A DNA stretch of 64,000 bases from a virus (taxonomy: Duplodnaviria > Caudoviricetes), in the IMG/VR virus record IMGVR_UViG_3300017763_003980. One strand, written 5' to 3'. The notes under the pieces are model-generated. The model ran no database searches. It was not told the origin of the DNA and saw nothing but the letters and a program-made list of their open reading frames with translations. Both the position numbers and the translations under genes were made by a program. Shown in pieces: positions 1 through 9,542 of the stretch; position 1 is the stretch's first letter, and each line of letters begins with the position of its first letter.

Positions 1-614
1 TCAATATCATATATACAGTCTAAAATAAATTTCCCATTTACTATTCTGCCCGATACACTTACTGTTGGTCCTTCTATATATTCTTGGAATATATAACCTG
101 CATCTAAATCATTATAGTGTATGTCATCTAAAAAATAACGGTATTGACTCCAATTTTCAAGAACCTTTATACCGATGCCGCCTGTACCGTTTGCAGGTTT
201 TGCTACTACAGGGAATGTTTTACGTAAAGATGTGTGAGTCATTGGTACTGGTATACCAATATTGTAAGCATGTGCAGTATAATTTTCTTTGTTTGATAGT
301 ATATTACATTGTTCTTTTGTGATACCGACTAGGTCGTGTATGTAAGGAAGCAACATGTCGTTATATAAGGGAAATATATAATCTATATTATTTTCATTTA
401 TAATTTTACGTAACTGATTAGCAAGGTCTGATCTATCTTTAGCTTTAATAGCATAGTGTTCTATACCGTCAGGAACACTAGGTATCATTTTATCTAGCAA
501 TGGAAATTGAGAGTTAGTATTTGCTTGCCAAGTACATAGTTTGTAATTTGTTAGTTCTTGTAGGGTATACCTTAAATTATTGCTTTGGTAATTTATAATT
601 ACTTTAGGCTCCAT
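1..614 (-). CDS. ATP-grasp domain ligase, 3' end truncated by the window edge (not in ORF track)
   Basis: Translated by hand from ATG at 614, open to position 1: MEPKVIINYQ...FPVVAKPANGTGGIGIKVL...YIFQEYIEGPTVSVSG. KP-x-x-G-x-G-G and QEYIEG are ATP-grasp motifs. Overlaps the stop of the upstream gene. Confidence 0.82.
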   Translation of the reverse strand, partial: MEPKVIINYQSNNLRYTLQELTNYKLCTWQANTNSQFPLLDKMIPSVPDGIEHYAIKAKDRSDLANQLRKIINENNIDYIFPLYNDMLLPYIHDLVGITKEQCNILSNKENYTAHAYNIGIPVPMTHTSLRKTFPVVAKPANGTGGIGIKVLENWSQYRYFLDDIHYNDLDAGYIFQEYIEGPTVSVSGRIVNGKFILDCIYDI

Positions 615-1224
615 AAGTAATTTTATCCCTCATAATAGTATTGGTATACTTTATTTTCATAGTAATAAATCTTATAGTAGAATCATATGGTAAGGGTTTG
701 TTGCCTAAGCAATAGTCATACAACTTATTACCAGTTAAATGGCCAGCTTTGACAAAAGCAGCATCTGTAACATTATATTTTTCTTCATATATTGAAGCAT
801 ACTTCTTACCATACTTTGAAACATCTAAGCCTTGTACATTATGTGTATTTCTTTCTTTGTTTGCTCTTTCAATGTCTTCACTGCGTACCCAAAAAAATCC
901 CCATTTGCCTCGAGACTCACATTCATTTAATTGGAATTGCATTACTTTCAAAATGTTTCTAAAATTAGCAAAATGGCTTTGGTCTTTTCTTGCCAGTAAT
1001 GTATCACATAACACCCACGGCATATTTGGTAAATCTTCGCCTGCAACAATTGCTTGTATTTCTTTATTTTTTAATACAGCATAAATGTGTCTATTAGGTT
1101 CTATAAATTTTATATTTTGCCAATGAAAATCGTTCTGTAAATTATGTGATTTAATTTGGTCGTTTATAAAATTAAAGAATAAATCTTTATGATCAGGCGT
1201 TAATTTGATACATTCATCAATCAT
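604..1224 (-). CDS. hypothetical protein, possibly GNAT-like fold
   Basis: 206-aa ORF overlapping both neighbours. The pattern HIYAVLKNKEIQAIVAG...WVLCDTLLARK only weakly suggests an acetyltransferase fold. Confidence 0.6.
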   Translation of the reverse strand: MIDECIKLTPDHKDLFFNFINDQIKSHNLQNDFHWQNIKFIEPNRHIYAVLKNKEIQAIVAGEDLPNMPWVLCDTLLARKDQSHFANFRNILKVMQFQLNECESRGKWGFFWVRSEDIERANKERNTHNVQGLDVSKYGKKYASIYEEKYNVTDAAFVKAGHLTGNKLYDYCLGNKPLPYDSTIRFITMKIKYTNTIMRDKITYGA

Positions 1225-1561
1225 AGTTTATAGTCTTTTCAATAGTATTGTACTTATTTGTGTATATTACTGTAGCTCCATCAAATTGAAAAGAAGTAGT
1301 ATAACTAAGGACTACACATGGATCTCCTATTTCGCCTAATCTTGCACCACCGCCGTTTAGTTCAAACACACCTTTGTTTCCTGGAATTACATATGTAGTC
1401 CAACGGTCACCGGTATTCATATTTACAATATCAACTTTTTGATACGGATCAAGATCAACTTTAGACATTAAATCACGACAGATAGTTACACTACCATCGT
1501 AGTCTAACGATTTATCAGTAACATGAATATTTTGAATTTTAGATTGGATATACTCTCTCAT
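1217..1561 (-). CDS. panD: aspartate 1-decarboxylase (pyruvoyl-dependent)
   Basis: 114 aa. SKI (conserved Lys), YDGSVTI (Gly-Ser autocleavage site), GDRWTTY (Arg/Tyr) and LNGGGAR are collinear with PanD. The His near the N-terminus appears replaced by Gln. Confidence 0.88.
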   Translation of the reverse strand: MREYIQSKIQNIHVTDKSLDYDGSVTICRDLMSKVDLDPYQKVDIVNMNTGDRWTTYVIPGNKGVFELNGGGARLGEIGDPCVVLSYTTSFQFDGATVIYTNKYNTIEKTINYD

Positions 1562-1567
1562 AGTACT

Positions 1568-1596
1568 ATTGTACTATAAAAAATTTGTGTTGTCAA
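1568..1596 (-). promoter_or_regulatory. sigma70-like promoter for panD
   Basis: TTGACA-N17-TACAAT, 6 nt before the ATG. Confidence 0.75.
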
Positions 1597-1600
1597 CCTA

Positions 1601-3130
1601 TTAGTTTAAGTCTACCCAAGCTGAGCCAGTATAGCCTTGGAATTTAGTGCCAGTACTATTAAAGATTATCATACCTGCAGCTGGTGTTGTTACAGCCGCT
1701 GACCTTGCAGTATCGTCAGCAACTACTTTAAGCTGGATTGCTCCACTAAATGATGCTACAGAATCTGTTTGTGCAATTTGTAGCACTACAGTTTGATCGC
1801 CATTTGCTGCTGAATTGTATAATTCAATATTTGTTGGTATTCTGTTTGCCTCTGGAGCTGCCGAAGCAAGGAATCTAATACCTCCTGAGGCCCTATAAGC
1901 TGTACCGTTATATCCAGCTGCTGCATATGCTCCGAGTTGATCACCCGATTGTACTGCTGTTGGTGCAGCCTTTGTACCTCTAGATCTTAATGCACCATAT
2001 GTACTTCCGTAGCCTGCATCAGAAGCATGAAATGTTCTTATTGTTGTTGTACCTTGTGTGACAGCGTCATTATAAACACCAAGTGTTCTGTTGTTGCCTG
2101 TGTCTGTAACACCGCCAACTTGTGAACTTCTGCCTAATACTATCGATCCAGCAGTATTTTCAGTAGTGATTGTAAAAACATTACTTTCAGTATTTTGCTC
2201 TAAGAACATTGTATTCTTACTAGTAGCTGAAGTTAGTTTAATATTGCCAGCTAGTACGCCTAATTGTGTACTAACTTGTCCAGTAATCTTATTGTTAATA
2301 CCATCTACAAGTAATGAACTATCTTCACCAAACACACTACCGCTCATAGTACCAAGTAATTGACCATTTACAGTACCGTTAAATACTGCATTAAAACTAT
2401 CTAATATCTTAGACGAGTCATCAGTTGAGCTGAATATATCACCTTGTATATCACCTAACCATTGGCCTGTAGCTTTATCAAATACCTTCCTTAAACCAAG
2501 ATCAAAAATGTCACCTTGGAAATTACCAATAATATCACCGGTAAACAATTTAGTAGTTGGATTATATGCTGTTGTTCCATCACCGGCTTCGATGGTCATA
2601 TTTTTAACAGTGCTAGTACTTGTATCAACTAGCTGGGTGCCATCAAGTTTGTATAAATCTCCGCCATATACATCGCCCATAAGTCTATTATTATCATGAT
2701 CAACTAATAAACTACTATTGTTTCCTACAATACTTAATCTAATCTGTGAGTCTTTTAATTGTTCAACTTTAAAGTTACTTCCATCATGTATCAGGATCTG
2801 ACCCCAACCCGGGCCACCATCTGGATATATTACATCGTCATGATTATTTAAATTGCCTAGTGTTGCACCTGCAGGGTTTACTGCTGTCCAATAGTTGTCG
2901 CTTGAAGACCATGCTAAAACTTGCCCATCACTAATGCTACCCAGTGTAACATCATTTAAATCATTTAGTGATGATGCGCCACCGCCGCTTCCTTGTACTA
3001 CAACACCGCCAGCAGTTGTACCATCACCAACATATAACGACTTTGTATCAGTTGTGTAGATAAGTTCGCCCGCTGCTGGTGTAATAAGCTGACGCTCAGC
3101 GTTGGTACCTCGTCTTAGCCTTAATGCCAT
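1601..3130 (-). CDS. tail fibre / receptor-binding protein
   Basis: N-terminus MALRLRRGT...GELIYTTDTKSLYVGDG is typical of phage fibres; Gly/Thr/Ser-rich repeats; C-terminal FNSTGTKFQGYTGSAWVDL. Confidence 0.75.
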   Translation of the reverse strand: MALRLRRGTNAERQLITPAAGELIYTTDTKSLYVGDGTTAGGVVVQGSGGGASSLNDLNDVTLGSISDGQVLAWSSSDNYWTAVNPAGATLGNLNNHDDVIYPDGGPGWGQILIHDGSNFKVEQLKDSQIRLSIVGNNSSLLVDHDNNRLMGDVYGGDLYKLDGTQLVDTSTSTVKNMTIEAGDGTTAYNPTTKLFTGDIIGNFQGDIFDLGLRKVFDKATGQWLGDIQGDIFSSTDDSSKILDSFNAVFNGTVNGQLLGTMSGSVFGEDSSLLVDGINNKITGQVSTQLGVLAGNIKLTSATSKNTMFLEQNTESNVFTITTENTAGSIVLGRSSQVGGVTDTGNNRTLGVYNDAVTQGTTTIRTFHASDAGYGSTYGALRSRGTKAAPTAVQSGDQLGAYAAAGYNGTAYRASGGIRFLASAAPEANRIPTNIELYNSAANGDQTVVLQIAQTDSVASFSGAIQLKVVADDTARSAAVTTPAAGMIIFNSTGTKFQGYTGSAWVDLN

Positions 3131-3162
3131 GTTTATAACTCCTGAAACTTATTTCTTATTAG

Positions 3163-3170
3163 TATTTATA
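3163..3170 (-). promoter_or_regulatory. T4-type late promoter
   Basis: TATAAATA upstream of the SD (CAGGAG) of the tail fibre gene. Confidence 0.7.
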
Positions 3171-3195
3171 CCTTTTTAAAGATAAACTATATTAA

Positions 3196-3510
3196 CTAAG
3201 ATCTCTTCATAAAGGTTTTTGTATGAGATTTTACATCATTTACAAGTGAGGGAGTATCTAACTTAAATTCTACTGTTTTAATTACATCATTAAATTCATT
3301 AAAAAACAAGTTTAGTGTTTCTTCTAAATCAATTTCAGCAGATTCTTTCTTTTTCTTATCTTCGTCTAAATCTATTTGCCATTCTTTGCCGTCTTTAAAG
3401 ACTACTTGTACTTTGGATATGTATTTGATGGGTACTGCTTTGATTTCGATATGCTCAAAAACTTCAGGCCAGTAGTCGACAACTTCTGTAGGGAGTTTAT
3501 TTTTAGACAC
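3196..3510 (-). CDS. hypothetical protein
   Basis: 104-aa ORF overlapping its upstream neighbour. Confidence 0.7.
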   Translation of the reverse strand: MSKNKLPTEVVDYWPEVFEHIEIKAVPIKYISKVQVVFKDGKEWQIDLDEDKKKKESAEIDLEETLNLFFNEFNDVIKTVEFKLDTPSLVNDVKSHTKTFMKRS

Positions 3511-4117
3511 TCTCTACGGTCTTTTTAGCAGTCTTCTTCTTTGTAGGAACTAGCTCTTCTGCCTGTTCTCTTAGAGCCTTTGCTTCTTTAAAAAGAGCAT
3601 CTGCTTGTGACCTATATTGAGCTGCTAAATCAGCATCACTTAAAACACCATCATTGCTTGCACCTGCTGCAACCTGTTCAGCACTCAAACTTGGATCTGT
3701 AGTTTCTGTAACAACTTCTGGTCTGTTTCCAGCTTCGTCAGCTAATGCTAAATCAGCAACAGTAACACCTTTTTGTTCTGCAATAACTTCGTTAAGTTCA
3801 GCAAGGCTTATTGATGTATTATTGTTAGGAGTCATTTCCACATCAGCTGATGCAACTTTCATCATTTTGCCTGTTGCATGGAATCGTGCTAGCATATTAG
3901 AACCGTCTGGTAGTTGTGTTCTTGCCATTACAGTTGCAAATTCATCTGCTTCTTGTCCTGCTGATCCTTCAACAGTTTTAATAAGTGTGTCATGCTCTTC
4001 TGCCATTAAACTACTAGTGTCAACAATAACACTTTGATCAGGCTCTCCTGGTACTACCCTATAAGCTACAACAACTCCTCTTTGATTTTTGGCCATTCGA
4101 CCTACATGTTTTAACAT
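3503..4117 (-). CDS. hypothetical protein
   Basis: 204-aa ORF, acidic with a basic tail, tightly packed. Confidence 0.75.
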   Translation of the reverse strand: MLKHVGRMAKNQRGVVVAYRVVPGEPDQSVIVDTSSLMAEEHDTLIKTVEGSAGQEADEFATVMARTQLPDGSNMLARFHATGKMMKVASADVEMTPNNNTSISLAELNEVIAEQKGVTVADLALADEAGNRPEVVTETTDPSLSAEQVAAGASNDGVLSDADLAAQYRSQADALFKEAKALREQAEELVPTKKKTAKKTVESV

Positions 4118-4118
4118 A

Positions 4119-4394
4119 TTATGCTCCTTGTGGCTGTTCCTGTTGATTCTGGGAGACAGCTTCTAAAAATGCTTCTAATTTATTATAAGTTTGACCAACT
4201 GTCATCATTTCGTTAGGCTTAAATGCTCCGCGTTGACTAGCAACGTCGATTATGCTTCTTAATGCCTGAAGATCTTGTACAGTTAGATCAGGACCTGCTG
4301 GTGCTTGTTGCTGAGGTGCTTCTACAGGTTCTCCTGATAGTGCTGCCGCAACATCTGCAGAATCAACTGCGTCATTTACTTCATTCTCGCTCAT
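4119..4394 (-). CDS. hypothetical protein
   Basis: 91-aa ORF with a strong SD (AGGAGA). Confidence 0.75.
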   Translation of the reverse strand: MSENEVNDAVDSADVAAALSGEPVEAPQQQAPAGPDLTVQDLQALRSIIDVASQRGAFKPNEMMTVGQTYNKLEAFLEAVSQNQQEQPQGA

Positions 4395-4432
4395 AATTTC
4401 TTTCTCCTATATAATTAATTATGCGTAAATTT

Positions 4433-4714
4433 TTAGGTATACTTTAAATGTGGACAAGCCAACATAAAGTAACTCATTTCTTTGGTTTCTTCGAAGCCAA
4501 TAGTAATTACCTGATTAACTTTGTTGTCGTTATCTAAAGTGACTTTCCTACCAATATAATAACGGTTACGAAGATTAGAGTCAATCCAATTAGATAAACT
4601 TTCTTCTATATTATAAGATGATGGTAGATTTACGTATTCAAAATAAGGAATAGGTGTTTTAACCTTCCTTATTCCAAATACATCATATGGATTTGGTTTT
4701 TTATTTTTTATCAT
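4433..4714 (-). CDS. hypothetical protein
   Basis: 93-aa ORF with ATGA overlap to the vWA gene. Confidence 0.7.
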   Translation of the reverse strand: MIKNKKPNPYDVFGIRKVKTPIPYFEYVNLPSSYNIEESLSNWIDSNLRNRYYIGRKVTLDNDNKVNQVITIGFEETKEMSYFMLACPHLKYT

Positions 4715-6069
4715 GCAGCTTCGTCATAGTGTGCAGTAACACCAAATGGTGCCTGCAAGTTTTTATCTCTATTACTGTGTATAACAAATACTGTATCACA
4801 GTAATCCTCATCGCCCCATGAGTCCCATGCATATCCATCTGTAAACATAAGGAACTTTTTAGGTTGAATGTCATTTTCTTTCATATAAGTCCAGTTAACC
4901 ATAAAGTCAGTGCCGCCTCCACCTTTTACTTCATAGTCTTCTAGACTATCTCCGCCATCTGCACTAAAGTCAGCTTCGTTATAAACTTCTGTATCGAAGC
5001 ACCACAATTTAATATTGTAGTCTCTGTATTCGTCCATAATGCCTTTTACTTCGCTTAAGAAGTCTTTGGCTTGCACATCACCAATTGAACCTGACATATC
5101 AATACAAATACATAGATCAATTGTTTCTTGAAAGTTCATTCCTGGAAGTATAGCACCAGTGTGCCAACCTTTTCTGCCTGGACGACTAAAAGTGTAATCA
5201 TCACGTATAGTAGACTGTATCTGCTGACGTAGTATTTCACGCCAGTTCATTTTAGGCTCTGTAAGTTCTTTAATCATACGTTCAACACCTGCAGGAACAT
5301 TACCAGCACCTGCACTCTGTGCCGCGGAAATCATATTCTCTTTGATTTCGTCACGTATCTTTCTAAGCTCTTCGTCACTGTAAGTTGGACGACCTTTACC
5401 TTTTTGGGTTCCACCGTCACCGTTGGCACTAGCGCCTTGGCCTTGTTCTTCTTCACCCGGATCTTTACCCCAGTCAACGTGTTCGTCAAGTAATTCACCA
5501 AGTTGTTTTAGTTCTTCTTCGTCATATTTCTTGTGAATATCATCATATACTTCTTCAGAAGTCCAATTTTCGTATTTAAAGTCTTGATAGCAATCAATAA
5601 TCTTTGGTTTCTCTCCAATACGATCACGTACTAATATATTGTTTACAATATAGTCAGCCGCGATATTATAAATTAATGCATCGCGATCTTCACGTCTAAT
5701 AAGGTGATCAAAAACGCAATGTAATATTTCGTGTGCAATAACAAATTCAATTTCACGATTTGAAAGTGCATTAAAGAATTGGGTATTAAAGTATAAGTTT
5801 CTGCCATCAACTGCGGCAGTAGGGCACCAGTCATCTGCACATTGTATTCTAAGGCGTGTTGCCATGTTACCAAAAAATGGATGTCTAAGGAGTAAGCCTA
5901 CACGAGCAACAATAATTCTATCTTGGACGTCTTCACGCATTGTGTCCAATTCTGCTTCAGTAAGATCTGGGTTAGGTTGCCAATGTTTTTTACCTGCAAC
6001 ATTATAAATTGGAGCATGTAAATTAACTAAATCGGAATAGTGTGTTTCTATTTGTGCCAGTGCGTTCAT
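4711..6069 (-). CDS. HExxH metallopeptidase-like plus vWA domain protein (DUF2201-type)
   Basis: AHEILH in the N-terminal part; MIDAS elements DMSGS, GGGTDF and FTDG in the C-terminal part. Confidence 0.85.
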   Translation of the reverse strand: MNALAQIETHYSDLVNLHAPIYNVAGKKHWQPNPDLTEAELDTMREDVQDRIIVARVGLLLRHPFFGNMATRLRIQCADDWCPTAAVDGRNLYFNTQFFNALSNREIEFVIAHEILHCVFDHLIRREDRDALIYNIAADYIVNNILVRDRIGEKPKIIDCYQDFKYENWTSEEVYDDIHKKYDEEELKQLGELLDEHVDWGKDPGEEEQGQGASANGDGGTQKGKGRPTYSDEELRKIRDEIKENMISAAQSAGAGNVPAGVERMIKELTEPKMNWREILRQQIQSTIRDDYTFSRPGRKGWHTGAILPGMNFQETIDLCICIDMSGSIGDVQAKDFLSEVKGIMDEYRDYNIKLWCFDTEVYNEADFSADGGDSLEDYEVKGGGGTDFMVNWTYMKENDIQPKKFLMFTDGYAWDSWGDEDYCDTVFVIHSNRDKNLQAPFGVTAHYDEAA

Positions 6070-6104
6070 TGTGCTTATACCCTCTTTTCTAACTTTATAT
6101 ACTT

Positions 6105-6132
6105 ATTATAACATCTATACATAGTTTGTCAA
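6105..6132 (-). promoter_or_regulatory. sigma70-like promoter for the vWA gene
   Basis: TTGACA-N16-TATAAT. Confidence 0.7.
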
Positions 6133-6141
6133 CCGAAAAGA

Positions 6142-6167
6142 ATGGAGGGGGCGTTAACCCCCTCCAT
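6142..6167 (-). terminator. intrinsic terminator after the AAA+ gene
   Basis: Perfect 10-bp stem ATGGAGGGGG/CCCCCTCCAT with a 6-nt loop, followed by TCTTTT on the minus strand. Confidence 0.8.
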
Positions 6168-6174
6168 AATTACA

Positions 6175-7266
6175 TTAAACGCCTTGTGCGGCCTTAATGT
6201 ATTTGCCATAACGCTCGTGGAATTCATCAAAACAATCCACTTCGTCTGGATCAATGGGTAATGCATACTGTGTAAGTGCGAGCTTAATGCCCATAACCAC
6301 TAGTTCAGTATCGAAGTTATCCATTGCAAATCGCAGGAAGTTATTGACTTTAGAGTCGAACTTCTTATCACCTTTATCACAAGCTTCTTTCAGCTCGTAG
6401 CATAATGACACAGTGAGGGAATACATAGCACTGATTTCTTTACTGGTCATTTCAGTGACTTTGCCTGCGAGTATTTCAGTTGGATTGGGCATTTCGCTAG
6501 CTACTTTACGGTGTGCCATAAATTTAACTGCTAGTCCTTCACCAACTGCACCACTAACCAAATCGGTTAATGTGGTTTCGTCAATGTCGTCATCCAATAA
6601 TTCGGATACAAACGACCATGAACGAGGTGTTGCAAACGAACGACTTGGACTTTTTGGATCAAAGTCATACAAGTCTTTCTTTGCAAATGTCAAGTAACCA
6701 ACAACGTCTTGGTGCTGATTATTATTTACTGACCACTGGAACCAATCATCCCAACCAACTACAAGTTCTAAGTGGATAAATCTGTTAGCTAACGGAGCAG
6801 GCATTCTGTAAGTAACGCCCTTGTCAGCTTCTCTATTACCAGCTGCAATAATTAAAACATTGTCTGGAAGCTTGTATTGTCCAATACGTCTGTTAAGAAT
6901 AAGCTGATATGCAGCCGCTTGCACACTAGGCGCAGCTGAATTCATTTCGTCTAAGAAAAGAACAACCCAATCAAATTGTGCCGCAAACTCTTCACTTGGA
7001 AGTTCTGCAGGAGGTGCCCAAACCATTGTACCTGCATTACTATCAAAATACGGAATACCTTTAATATCTGTAGGTTCCCATAGTGATAATCGAATGTCAA
7101 TCAAATGACTGTTACCTAAGTCATTTGTAATTTGTCCAACAATGTCGGATTTACCAATGCCTGGAGGCCCCCATAAGAAGATTGGACGCTTCTTTTTCAA
7201 AGCGACATTAATGCTCTTCTTTGCTTTATTTGGTGTTACGGTTCTAAGTGCTGTTGCAGTTTCCAT
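6175..7266 (-). CDS. MoxR/dynein-related AAA+ ATPase
   Basis: Walker A GPPGIGKS, Walker B FLDE, sensor AAGN, arginine finger NRF; adjacent to the vWA gene. Confidence 0.9.
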   Translation of the reverse strand: METATALRTVTPNKAKKSINVALKKKRPIFLWGPPGIGKSDIVGQITNDLGNSHLIDIRLSLWEPTDIKGIPYFDSNAGTMVWAPPAELPSEEFAAQFDWVVLFLDEMNSAAPSVQAAAYQLILNRRIGQYKLPDNVLIIAAGNREADKGVTYRMPAPLANRFIHLELVVGWDDWFQWSVNNNQHQDVVGYLTFAKKDLYDFDPKSPSRSFATPRSWSFVSELLDDDIDETTLTDLVSGAVGEGLAVKFMAHRKVASEMPNPTEILAGKVTEMTSKEISAMYSLTVSLCYELKEACDKGDKKFDSKVNNFLRFAMDNFDTELVVMGIKLALTQYALPIDPDEVDCFDEFHERYGKYIKAAQGV

Positions 7267-7329
7267 CTTGTGTTTCCCTCTTATCTGTTATCAAGTAAGT
7301 TATCAGTGCTAATTTCTAACTATACATAT

Positions 7330-7357
7330 AGTATAGCACCTTTTAAGGAAATGTCAA
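7330..7357 (-). promoter_or_regulatory. sigma70-like promoter for the AAA+ gene
   Basis: TTGACA-N16-TATACT. Confidence 0.7.
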
Positions 7358-7367
7358 CCAGAAAATG

Positions 7368-8027
7368 CTATTTTTTTGAAAAAAGATTGGAAATATCTTG
7401 GGCAGATAGTGTATTAAAGTCGACTCCTACATTAATACGTAGACTGTTTGGATTGGATTTTTGCACACTATGCCACTCAAAATGATTAAAAATTAACCAT
7501 TTATCTTCTACTAATTGTGCTTGATCTGCTACTTCTAACTTAGTTACATCAGGAATGCGATATTCGTCTACTACTTTAAAGTCTTCTGTGTTCTTCCACC
7601 ATGTAGTAGTCTCTTGGTCGCCTTGTAGTAGCTTAAAAATACTTGCTTTTCGATAGTGTCCTTTGTGTGGATATAACATAGTTCCGCCTGTGCTAACTTG
7701 TAGAATTGGAACCATTTCGTCTCTACCAAGTTCTTTTAAAAATTCAGGTAGACTATCTATCAGTTCATCTGCTAGATCATCTGGTAAACTGTATTGACTA
7801 AATTCTAGTCTAGTAGCATCTGGAAACTTGCGAAGCATTAATAGCTTGCGCCGCATTAGTTCTTTGGCATCGCGTACTCCGACAATAGCTTCCATTTCTT
7901 TTATTGTACTACTGTGGCTTAGTTTCCTCCATGCAGGGTTTCGTAATATAAATTTATCAAGAGGAGTATTTTTTATTTTATTACAGATATTTGTAGAAAA
8001 ATCAGTTTCAATATATTCGTAATACAT
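7368..8027 (-). CDS. putative cupin / 2OG-Fe(II) oxygenase-fold protein
   Basis: YPHKGH...FNHFEWHSV His pattern in a beta-rich C-terminal half. Confidence 0.5.
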   Translation of the reverse strand: MYYEYIETDFSTNICNKIKNTPLDKFILRNPAWRKLSHSSTIKEMEAIVGVRDAKELMRRKLLMLRKFPDATRLEFSQYSLPDDLADELIDSLPEFLKELGRDEMVPILQVSTGGTMLYPHKGHYRKASIFKLLQGDQETTTWWKNTEDFKVVDEYRIPDVTKLEVADQAQLVEDKWLIFNHFEWHSVQKSNPNSLRINVGVDFNTLSAQDISNLFSKK

Positions 8028-8647
8028 TATTCTTGATCCATAAATGAATTAAATCTTATGTTAAAGCTAAGGCTTATTCGTTCGTGATCAGTTTTATTAG
8101 TAGCAGTTTGATGTTCTATCATTCCTGGCCAAAGATATAATGCACCTACTTCTGGCATAATAAGTTTATCTGGATTTATCATTGACATTACATAATTACT
8201 CTGCAACATTACATTAGGATTGCGTAAACTAAGTTCACCATCTTGATTATTTGATTGTACATAATACACGCCAGCTATATCAGCATCACCATGGGAATGA
8301 AGATGGGCATGTTGTCCTTTTTTAGTTTTAGTGAACCAACTTGCAGTAATTCTATAATTAGGATGTTTACTTAAATTGTTTGAAACTTCTGAATTAGGAA
8401 GTGTATTAAGATATTGCTTGATACAAAAGTCTAAATGTCGTAAAAAATTATTACACTCATTTTTAGTAAGAATACATTCATTAAACGGATTTTCACTTAG
8501 TTCATGTGTATTACTAGTCCAGTGTCTATTTTGTGCAAACTTTACACTATCACAAGCCTCAAATAATTCTTTCTGGACTATATCTAATCCAGAGCCTTCT
8601 AGCATTTTTCTATAAATAGGAATACCAAAGAGTTCTATAGTATGCAT
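8027..8647 (-). CDS. 2OG-Fe(II) oxygenase superfamily protein (TIGR02466-like)
   Basis: ASWFT...HLHSHG...AGVYY...LWPGMIEH...RISLSFN. Confidence 0.8.
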   Translation of the reverse strand: MHTIELFGIPIYRKMLEGSGLDIVQKELFEACDSVKFAQNRHWTSNTHELSENPFNECILTKNECNNFLRHLDFCIKQYLNTLPNSEVSNNLSKHPNYRITASWFTKTKKGQHAHLHSHGDADIAGVYYVQSNNQDGELSLRNPNVMLQSNYVMSMINPDKLIMPEVGALYLWPGMIEHQTATNKTDHERISLSFNIRFNSFMDQE

Positions 8648-9153
8648 TATATAGCCTCCAAGCTTGGTAGTTGTCCTGTAATTTGTAATGTATAACGGTC
8701 TTTAAGACCAAGATTAGCTGCAGAATGTTCACAAAAAGCGTCAAATAAAACAAATTCTCCGCGTTTGTAATTTACAATAGCACGATGCTCGATATCAAAA
8801 TAATGTCCAGGCTCCCAATCTTGAAGCACAACTACAGCTCTCCATACTTTGGATTTTTCTACATTAAATATTTTTTGGTAAGTATTAAAATGATCTGTGT
8901 GTCTTGGCATTATATCACCTGTAGACATTTTATAAAATGTAAATCCACAATTTGACAAGCCAATTTTTTCTGCTATTTTGTTAAGCCAGATATAGTTTTC
9001 TTTTACTACATGCATTGCACCAGTAAAACTAGTATGAGTATAACCTTGTCTTTTCCAATCTGTTATATCATATTCGTATGCTGAACGTTTTTCGTATGCT
9101 AAATTTTTATATTCGTTATAGACGGGAAGTTCTACTTGTCCTTGAAACCACAT
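8647..9153 (-). CDS. 2OG-Fe(II) oxygenase-like protein
   Basis: HxD motif (PRHTDH), distal His (EHSAAN) and RYTLQ. Confidence 0.7.
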   Translation of the reverse strand: MWFQGQVELPVYNEYKNLAYEKRSAYEYDITDWKRQGYTHTSFTGAMHVVKENYIWLNKIAEKIGLSNCGFTFYKMSTGDIMPRHTDHFNTYQKIFNVEKSKVWRAVVVLQDWEPGHYFDIEHRAIVNYKRGEFVLFDAFCEHSAANLGLKDRYTLQITGQLPSLEAI

Positions 9154-9542
9154 TATTCACCTTTCTCTGTTGATCTTGACATTGCTTTAGTAAGTCCATA
9201 TTTTCTTAAATCTCCCGAAAAAAGAGTTAGTTCGACTGCTTTCTTTTCATTAGTAACTATAATAGATCGAGGACTAATGTAATATGGACAATCTATAAAT
9301 TTATCTAGGAATATAATTACTTGGGTAGTTAATGGCATATCTTTTGGATAAGGAACATCGTATGTTGCTAAGTCTATTTCATTAACTACTTCAAATCCTA
9401 GATCTGTTAATCGTAAACCGCTTGCTCCTTTGTTTCTAGTGTTCTTCCACCATAGTGGCATGAACTCTTTTATTGTCAATTCGTTTGCACTTTTACCTTG
9501 TTCTTTTAAAAAGATCTTAGTATATGCTTCTTTCCAGTTCAT
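9153..9542 (-). CDS. hypothetical protein
   Basis: 129-aa ORF with overlapping start and stop codons. Confidence 0.7.
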   Translation of the reverse strand: MNWKEAYTKIFLKEQGKSANELTIKEFMPLWWKNTRNKGASGLRLTDLGFEVVNEIDLATYDVPYPKDMPLTTQVIIFLDKFIDCPYYISPRSIIVTNEKKAVELTLFSGDLRKYGLTKAMSRSTEKGE

